Below, piece by piece: positions 8,362-14,297 of a DNA stretch of 14,297 nucleotides. Below the pieces are notes generated by a model. It saw nothing but the letters and a program-made list of their open reading frames with translations. It did no database searches and had not been told where the DNA came from. Location of the stretch: positions 1 to 14,297 of the forward strand of contig CAXBPH010000180.1 in NCBI GenBank assembly GCA_963977445.1, read 5' to 3'. This DNA is from an uncultured bacterium. GTDB lineage: Bacteria; Hydrogenedentota; Hydrogenedentia; Hydrogenedentales; JAEUWI01. Position numbers and translations under genes: made by a program. Position 1 is the first letter of the stretch; each line of letters begins with the position of its first letter.

Positions 8362-8540
8362 GCGATTCGGACTAAAAAATTCCGGTCTGATGGGGGGGCA
8401 GCGGGGCGACGTAATACGGGCAGTACATTCGTCTCTTTCGCTGCTGGCCGACATGCTTCACGACGTTGGATGGAGCTGCAGTTGCCCATAGGAACCCAAT
8501 TCTCTGATCGGATCGATTGGGCACGGGTTTACCGGGTATA

Positions 8541-8571
8541 CAAACAAAAACGCCCCACAGGTGTGGGGCGT
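8541..8571 (-). terminator. Rho-independent terminator of the ABC/DUF3299 operon
   Basis: Stem ACGCCCCAC/GTGGGGCGT (8550-8571) with a 4-nt loop, followed on the minus strand by TTTTTGTTTG, 26 nt after the stop at 8598. Confidence 0.88.
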
Positions 8572-8597
8572 AGTGTTACCGTGAAAGTCGCAGTCGA

Positions 8598-9221
8598 TCA
8601 GGAGTCGCCACTCAATTCTATGGGTGCCTGAAGTTCCTCACTGGGGGTGTGCTGGGGAACCATGTGCTCTGGCGGAATGTAGCGACGTTGGAGACGGGCA
8701 CCTTTTTCTGCGGATTCGAGGGCGGCGTGTTCGATAGAGAAGAAGGATTGCTGGTTGGGCCCTTCGTGGAGGCGCAGTACCCCATTGACGAGGACGGGCT
8801 GCTCGTAGAGCATGGTCGTGGTGCCTTCTTCCATGTGAATGGCCATCACGTCATGGACCGGCGGCCGGTTACAGAAATAGCATTCAATAGGGAGGGGCAG
8901 GAGCATGAATTCCTTCATTTCGCGGAATTCATTTTCGGGCACCATAAAACCGATGAGATTGACCTGGGTGTTATTCAGGGCCAATAACTCTTCGGTAAAG
9001 GTGGCACCTTTGCGCAGGTTACCGTCGGTCGCGCGCATGTGATGCCATTTGAGGATTTCCATGCCGGAATTCTGGCGTTCACTTTCCCACTGCTGCCGCT
9101 CTTTGTCTTTCTTCTGAGCGAGGACGCCACGTTGTATATTCGAGTTGAAAAAGATGACCAGTGCCAGAACGATAATGACGCCTACCGCTGCCGTAAGCTC
9201 GCGTTTTACCCGTTGTCTCAT
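8598..9221 (-). CDS. DUF3299-like membrane-anchored exported protein, 207 aa
   Basis: N-terminal TM helix, then L.ALNNTQVNLIGFMVP, EFMLLP, CYFC..PP and PVLVNGVL, the DUF3299 pattern. It is the last gene after an ABC ATPase and permease, the usual context for this family. Confidence 0.75.
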   Translation of the reverse strand: MRQRVKRELTAAVGVIIVLALVIFFNSNIQRGVLAQKKDKERQQWESERQNSGMEILKWHHMRATDGNLRKGATFTEELLALNNTQVNLIGFMVPENEFREMKEFMLLPLPIECYFCNRPPVHDVMAIHMEEGTTTMLYEQPVLVNGVLRLHEGPNQQSFFSIEHAALESAEKGARLQRRYIPPEHMVPQHTPSEELQAPIELSGDS

Positions 9222-9254
9222 GATAGGAACTTCCTGATGATTGTGTTAGTGGTG

Positions 9255-10520
9255 TTACTGTCGGTCGGCCAGATCGTGGGCCACATCGCTGTTGTACGCC
9301 TGCCAGGCAGGTAAAATACCGGCCACAAGGCCCACCAGAGCGACGGTGGCAAAGGCGCGAATTTCTTCCGAACTCAGGCCGAAAGGCGTTACGACCAGAC
9401 CATATTCGTGGGCCAACTTGAGCCCGAGTATATAGGTTACCACATTACCAAAGAGCCAGCCGACTGCGATACCCAGTGTGGTGACCCAGAATGCTTCAAT
9501 AATGACCGCACCAAAAATCTCGTAGGACGATGCGCCGAGGGCTCGCATGATGGCCAGGTCCCGTTTTCGTTGCATGATACTCAGATAGAGGCCAATGAGT
9601 ATGCTGATGGCCGAAATGATGACGACCAGATAACCCACGGCCATCATGAGCCCCTTGATGGGATCGAGAAAGTCCCGGAAGAAATCCTTGATAACATTGA
9701 TGGGCACGGCGGCCATGGCATCGGTGTTTTCGTTGATCCACCCTTCATATTCAAAACGCTGGGCGGCGCTGTGGAGCTGGACCAGCACGGAGCTCACGCT
9801 GTTGGACCAGTCGAGTTCCGCGTCGTCGGCATGGTCATCCCCATGGTCTGGCGCACCGTGACCGTGGGCCTCCCAGATGGACTCGATGCTGCAGTAGATG
9901 GCGCGGTCAAAGGGAGAGCCACTGGGTTCGAGGATGCCGACAACCTTGTAGGGATGTTCGGCATGGTCGAATTCTCGGAGGTCCTCAGAGATTGCGAAGG
10001 AGCCATGGACGCTTTCAAAGGTGTCGCCCAGAGAAAGGCCGAGCTGTCGTGCGGCCACGGCACCCACCACGGCTTCCCGGGGTTTGTCAAAGGCCACCCC
10101 TTCTTCCAGGGTAAAGGGTCGACGTACTTCTCCGCTGAACCCCTTCCACTCGTGGTCGAGCAATTCTTTCGTGGTGCCTACGATGCGAAATCCGCCGTAG
10201 GTGTCGCCCAGCCCGATGGGAAAGGCAGCCTTTACGAAATCCTTGTCTTTTAAAAGGTCTTCATAGACATGAAGGGGCGTGCGCCCGATGGCAGAGTCCA
10301 TGAAGTAGACGCTGCCCAATACGAGGGACAGGGGACTGCCCTTGGGGCCGACCACGAGGTCGAAGGCCTGGCCTTCTTCCGCAAAACGCTGCTCCAACTG
10401 CTGGCGCAGGCTCAACACGGAGGAGATAAGGCCAACCGCCAACGCGACGGACATAATCGTCAGGCAGGTGGTCAGTTTCCGGTTCCACAGGTAGGCCCAT
10501 GCAATGTGCCAGAGACTCAT
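9255..10520 (-). CDS. ABC transporter permease, MacB/FtsX family, 421 aa
   Basis: One N-terminal TM, a large periplasmic domain (DLVVGPKGSPLSLVLGSVY, PIGLGDTYGGFRIVGTT), QRKRDLAIMRALGAS and three C-terminal TMs ending GILPAWQAY. ATG 10520 overlaps the ATPase TGA (ATGA coupling). Confidence 0.95.
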   Translation of the reverse strand: MSLWHIAWAYLWNRKLTTCLTIMSVALAVGLISSVLSLRQQLEQRFAEEGQAFDLVVGPKGSPLSLVLGSVYFMDSAIGRTPLHVYEDLLKDKDFVKAAFPIGLGDTYGGFRIVGTTKELLDHEWKGFSGEVRRPFTLEEGVAFDKPREAVVGAVAARQLGLSLGDTFESVHGSFAISEDLREFDHAEHPYKVVGILEPSGSPFDRAIYCSIESIWEAHGHGAPDHGDDHADDAELDWSNSVSSVLVQLHSAAQRFEYEGWINENTDAMAAVPINVIKDFFRDFLDPIKGLMMAVGYLVVIISAISILIGLYLSIMQRKRDLAIMRALGASSYEIFGAVIIEAFWVTTLGIAVGWLFGNVVTYILGLKLAHEYGLVVTPFGLSSEEIRAFATVALVGLVAGILPAWQAYNSDVAHDLADRQ

Positions 10521-11179
10521 GCGCCGTCCTCCGTCACCAGACCCACACAATCAAATTGTTTGGGGAGGCGTTCGGCCAGGGCGCGATCATGGGTGACCAG
10601 CATCATGGTTACTTTTTCCTCCGTACACACTTCCAGGAAAAGGTCCATAATAGCCTTGGCGTTTTTGGGGTCGAGACTGCCCGTGGGCTCGTCAGCAATA
10701 ATAAGGCGTTGGCGGTTGGCCAAGGCGCGGGCAATGGCGACACGCTGTTGCTCGCCCACACTCAGGGTGTTGGGCTTGCTGTGAAGCCGGTGGTTCAAGC
10801 CCACCCGTTCCAGCAGCATGGTCGCGCGGGACTTCCACTCGCCCGAGGGCACCGTGTCGCTGAAACGCATGGCAAGCATGACATTCTGCAAGGCGGTGAA
10901 GGGGGCAAGAAGATTAAATGTCTGAAACACGAAACCCAGTCGCTCACCGCGAAAGTGATCCAACTGGCCTTCGCTCATGTCTTGGATTTCGACGCCATCG
11001 ACGGTGATGGTCCCACTATCCAGCCGCAGGAGGCCCGAGACGAGGTTGAGCATCGTGCTCTTGCCGCATCCGCTGGGGCCCCAGAGGGCGATATGATCCC
11101 CCTCCTCGGCATGGAAGTGCTCACAATGGAAATTGGCTCCGGGGCCCAGTTTCCGTCGGCACTGCTCTAAAGTTACCAT
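10517..11179 (-). CDS. ABC transporter ATP-binding protein (LolD-like), 220 aa
   Basis: Walker A GPSGCGKST, Q-loop GFVFQTFNL, signature LSVGEQQRVAIARAL, Walker B IIADEPTGSLD, H-loop VTHD. CAGGA RBS upstream. Confidence 0.97.
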   Translation of the reverse strand: MVTLEQCRRKLGPGANFHCEHFHAEEGDHIALWGPSGCGKSTMLNLVSGLLRLDSGTITVDGVEIQDMSEGQLDHFRGERLGFVFQTFNLLAPFTALQNVMLAMRFSDTVPSGEWKSRATMLLERVGLNHRLHSKPNTLSVGEQQRVAIARALANRQRLIIADEPTGSLDPKNAKAIMDLFLEVCTEEKVTMMLVTHDRALAERLPKQFDCVGLVTEDGA

Positions 11180-11445
11180 GAGTTGCTACTTCCTGAAGGG
11201 CTATGTAGTGCAAAAAGGTTACTACGTATTATTCGACAGCGACGGAAAATGAGGGCACCTGTCTTCATTGATTGGCTGGGCCAGAACGGGGAAGTCGGTG
11301 TACAATTACCGGACACTGCTTAAAATGATTGACGGGACCTAGTATGCAACATGACGCCGCGCGCGGTCCAATCCACTTTTTCACCACCGCGCCGTGCCCA
11401 TAGGTTCAAATGACAAAATTACGCAAACTGCGCACCATGATTTTT

Positions 11446-11474
11446 TTGCGTATGACGGGATAATCAGCTATAGT
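11446..11474 (+). promoter_or_regulatory. sigma70-like promoter of the phosphotransferase gene
   Basis: TTGCGT (11446-11451), 17 nt, TATAGT (11469-11474), 48 nt before ATG 11523. Confidence 0.55.
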
Positions 11475-11522
11475 ATTGCTGTTACGATGTATATGGCCGA
11501 TCGTGTTCGGGATTGATCAATT

Positions 11523-12548
11523 ATGGCTACAGATATTCGCATAACGCCGAAGCTGTCCGGAATGGATGTGATTCAGGCGGTGATTGAAGAGCACTACGAC
11601 CTCGGTGTGGTGCAATTGCCTCGGCAATTGGAAACCACCCATCAGCGGCGGCACCGCAAGATGGTGGTGGAGAGCGAGCGAGGCACCTTTCTCGCCAAGA
11701 CCTACCGTCGGGACGCCGTTGTGCTTGATAATCTTCGATTCCAACACAATCTTTCGTCGCACCTGGCGAAGCATAAATTGCCCGTTGCGGCCATTCAGCG
11801 TGCCCGCAATGGCAAGGGTATCGTGGAAGTCGACAATTGGGCCATGGAACTACAGGCCTTTGTCCCTGGCGAGTCCATGCAGGTGACCACGCCGTCCCTG
11901 AAGACCTCGGCCGATGCCCTGGGCCTATTTCACCAAGTCAGCCGTGACGTTCCCGTGCCCCCCCGTGATGCGCGCAAGTGGCGGTTCAGTGAAGTGCCTC
12001 GCCAGTCCCTGCAGAAACTGTTTCACATGGCCCGACAAATGGGTAGCAGCAACGAGCGAATCGATGATTACTGCAACCAGATTGCCCTTTTTCTCCACGA
12101 TTCGACTGAGGTGTTGAGCGCGCAAAAGCGGGAAACCTACGAAACCGGCCTGATTCATGGCGATTGGCATGGGGGTAACCTGCTGTTCATCGGCGAGCAG
12201 TTGACCGCCATACTGGATCTAGAGTTTGCCGGCGACGGCTGTTACCTCGAAGATATTGCGTATGCCGTGTCCAATCTGTGCATCCGCACGACCTTGAGCC
12301 ACGAGAAGATGCAACATCGGACTAATATCCTTTTGGATGAATATCAGGCCTACCGTACCCTGTCCTACTCGGAATTGGTGGCCCTGTTCTACGCGGTCGG
12401 CGTGAAACATATCACTACCGTGGCCTATCAGGCACCCCAGCTTGGTGGAAAGGTGGCGGGTTATACCGCACCCGAGTGGCTCCATCGCCTGGCGGTGCAA
12501 TGTGCCTGGCTTTCCGAGCAGTCCCGTAAGGCCCGCTGGGGCGAATAG
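11523..12548 (+). CDS. Phosphotransferase of the APH/choline kinase/homoserine kinase type II superfamily, 341 aa
   Basis: ATP-site GTFLAK, Brenner motif LIHGDWHGGNLLF, metal motif ILDLEFA, and DIAYA. The substrate cannot be determined from the sequence. Confidence 0.88.
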   Translation: MATDIRITPKLSGMDVIQAVIEEHYDLGVVQLPRQLETTHQRRHRKMVVESERGTFLAKTYRRDAVVLDNLRFQHNLSSHLAKHKLPVAAIQRARNGKGIVEVDNWAMELQAFVPGESMQVTTPSLKTSADALGLFHQVSRDVPVPPRDARKWRFSEVPRQSLQKLFHMARQMGSSNERIDDYCNQIALFLHDSTEVLSAQKRETYETGLIHGDWHGGNLLFIGEQLTAILDLEFAGDGCYLEDIAYAVSNLCIRTTLSHEKMQHRTNILLDEYQAYRTLSYSELVALFYAVGVKHITTVAYQAPQLGGKVAGYTAPEWLHRLAVQCAWLSEQSRKARWGE

Positions 12549-12580
12549 TCCCGCTACGGTTTGGCACAGGGACCATCGTA

Positions 12581-12609
12581 TTGACTGGGTTCCTGCGTGG
12601 GCCTATACT
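12581..12609 (+). promoter_or_regulatory. Near-consensus sigma70 promoter of the lamin-tail-domain gene
   Basis: TTGACT (12581-12586), 17 nt, TATACT (12604-12609). Confidence 0.75.
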
Positions 12610-12664
12610 CGGCCCATTGTTTGTGACCGTGGTAAATTGCATGGACCCGGAAGGAAAAGTATAC

Positions 12665-14297
12665 ATGTACAACGAAGTTCTTGTTGTTGAACGATCTGGA
12701 TTTTTGGCGAGGGTGGGGTTGGCGACGTGGTTGTTTATTCTTGTACTCAGCGTTGCGTTAACCACGGTGGCTTCGGCCAACGACAATCTTCGGATTACCG
12801 AGTTCATGTATAACGCGCCAGCAGGGGGCGTGAGTTTTATCGAGTTCCAGAATGTGGGCACCCAGACGATTGACCTTTCGGGTATTACGTTCAGTGATGG
12901 CCTCACCTATACCTTTCCCGCGAACAGTAGCCTCGCACCGGGTGCCTACTATGTGATCACGTCTTCGGCCACCGACTTTGCGGCCCGTTACCCCGATGGG
13001 GCCTTCGACGGCACCTACCTGGGGGGATTGAACAATGACGGGGACCGGCTGGAGTTGAGCTCGTCCACTAACGTGCCCTTCCTGCTCCTCAATTATGATG
13101 ACGATGCACCGTGGCCCGGGGCGGCCGATGGGTTGGGGTTTTCGCTGGTCATCGTCGACCCTCTTGGCGATCCGAGTGACCCAGCCAATTGGCGCGCCAG
13201 CGGCGTTGCAGGAGGCACACCGGGCGCTGCGGATGTGCCGGTGTCGTTGGCCGGGGTGCTTGTGAATGAAGCCCTTACCCACACCGATCTGCCCCAAGTG
13301 GATACCATTGAACTCTACAATCCGACCGATAGTGCAGCGGATATTCGGGGATGGTATATTACCGACGACCGCAGTCAGCCCGCCAAGGCCCGGATTCCCG
13401 ATAGTTCCCAGTACGTGTTGGGAGCCGGTGCTTACGGGATCTTAAATGAAGCCGACTTTCGTGACAATCCCGGTATGGTCAATGGCAGCCCGCTTCCCGG
13501 TTTTGCGCTGAGTTCTCACAGCGAGGAAGTGGTCTATCTGTTCTCGGCAGATGCCGCAGGCAACCTGACGGGCTACAGCCATGGCTTTTCCTTTGAAGCC
13601 TCAATCAACGGCGTAACTTTCGGGCGCTATGTTTCGAGCGATGGCGTGGCCCATTTTGTGGCCCAGGCGGTGAATACCCTGGGAGCCGCAAACGGAGCCC
13701 CAGCGGTGGGGCCGGTTGTGATTGATGAGATTTTTTACAATCCTGCCGTCGGAAGCAATGATATCGAATACCTGGGCATGACCAATATCTCCGGAGAAGA
13801 TGTGAATCTCTGGGACGACTCCAAGAACGGCGTTCCCGAAAATACCTGGCGCATCAATGGGACAGGGTACTTCTTTCCACAAAATACCGTTCTTCCTGCC
13901 GGTGGGCGATTGATTCTTGCCAATGCAGCGCCGGCTGCGTTTCGCGCGCAATATAATATCCCCGATGAGGTTGCTGTCTTTGGGCCCTTTGGGGAACTTG
14001 CCGGTTTGAGCAACAGCGGCGAAACGATTACGCTTTTTCAGGCCGATGCGCCCGAACTCGACGCCACGCCCTACATTGTCGTAGACCGGGTTAAATTCAG
14101 TGATACGGCACCCTGGCCCAATGCGGATGGCAATGGTTTGGCCCTGGTGCGGCGCACTAACGGGGCATTCGGAAATGATCCGGCCAACTGGCAAGCGGCC
14201 ACACCGGGTTTTGGGCGTGCCGTAAGCGGGGGCGAAGGTGAGGGCGAAGGTGAAGGTGAAGGTGAAGGTGAAGGTGAAGGTGAAGGTGAAGGTGAAG
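12665..14297 (+). CDS. Secreted protein with three lamin-tail-like (LTD) domains and a Gly-Glu linker; 3'-partial
   Basis: Translated by hand; not in the ORF track because no stop lies in the window. ATG 12665 follows GAAGGA (alternative ATG 12641). Signal peptide ends VASA. LTD starts are LRITEFMYN..FIEFQN..IDLSG (12788), VLVNEALTH..IELYNP..DIRGWYITD (13256) and VVIDEIFYNP..IEY (13715); (GE)n follows from 14231. Confidence 0.9.
   Translation, partial: MYNEVLVVERSGFLARVGLATWLFILVLSVALTTVASANDNLRITEFMYNAPAGGVSFIEFQNVGTQTIDLSGITFSDGLTYTFPANSSLAPGAYYVITSSATDFAARYPDGAFDGTYLGGLNNDGDRLELSSSTNVPFLLLNYDDDAPWPGAADGLGFSLVIVDPLGDPSDPANWRASGVAGGTPGAADVPVSLAGVLVNEALTHTDLPQVDTIELYNPTDSAADIRGWYITDDRSQPAKARIPDSSQYVLGAGAYGILNEADFRDNPGMVNGSPLPGFALSSHSEEVVYLFSADAAGNLTGYSHGFSFEASINGVTFGRYVSSDGVAHFVAQAVNTLGAANGAPAVGPVVIDEIFYNPAVGSNDIEYLGMTNISGEDVNLWDDSKNGVPENTWRINGTGYFFPQNTVLPAGGRLILANAAPAAFRAQYNIPDEVAVFGPFGELAGLSNSGETITLFQADAPELDATPYIVVDRVKFSDTAPWPNADGNGLALVRRTNGAFGNDPANWQAATPGFGRAVSGGEGEGEGEGEGEGEGEGEGEGE
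14231..14297 (+). repeat. Coding hexamer repeat (mostly GGTGAA) encoding at least (GE)11
   Basis: GGCGAA GGTGAG GGCGAA then uninterrupted GGTGAA units to the window end, in frame with the LTD gene. Confidence 0.97.

Noticed and set aside
9408..11170. Long plus-strand ORFs (281, 171 and 223 aa) opposite the ABC genes
   Set aside because: Antisense shadows of well-supported genes with no independent motifs.
11480..11494. Zur-box-like TGTTACGATGTATAT
   Set aside because: Only about 9 of 15 positions match the proteobacterial consensus, the symmetry is poor, and it lies about 300 bp from the ABC operon start.
11523..12548. Kinase as a substitute aceK or as an aminoglycoside resistance gene
   Set aside because: AceK is much larger with different motifs, and the HGD..N/D.E motifs are shared by the whole superfamily, so they do not indicate resistance.
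12415..14194. Minus-strand ORFs of 71-197 aa at the right end
   Set aside because: All lie mostly or wholly antisense to the LTD gene, which has a promoter, RBS, signal peptide and recognisable domains.

Overview
Bacterial genomic window. The long Gly-Glu linker in a secreted lamin-tail-domain protein suggests a Candidatus Hydrogenedentes/PVC-like organism, but this is inference only. The left end (1-3079) is a small accessory-looking block: an AT-richer KAP-family P-loop NTPase followed by a DUF6933-like gene on the minus strand, divergent from an orphan phage MuF/SPP1 gp7-like minor head protein gene with no other phage genes nearby. Next come a secreted alpha/beta-hydrolase with a 9-bp tandem array upstream of it and the glyoxylate shunt operon aceB-aceA (no aceK) divergent from a LysR regulator. 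These are followed by a LolD/MacB-type ABC ATPase + permease + DUF3299 operon resembling zinc-regulated zrgBCD clusters and an APH/homoserine-kinase-II-like phosphotransferase. Last is a long secreted triple lamin-tail-domain protein, absent from the supplied ORF track, that runs off the right edge inside a (GE)n repeat. The most promising candidate for an undescribed system is the KAP NTPase/DUF6933/orphan MuF trio. All family calls come from motif recognition by eye; no searches were run.
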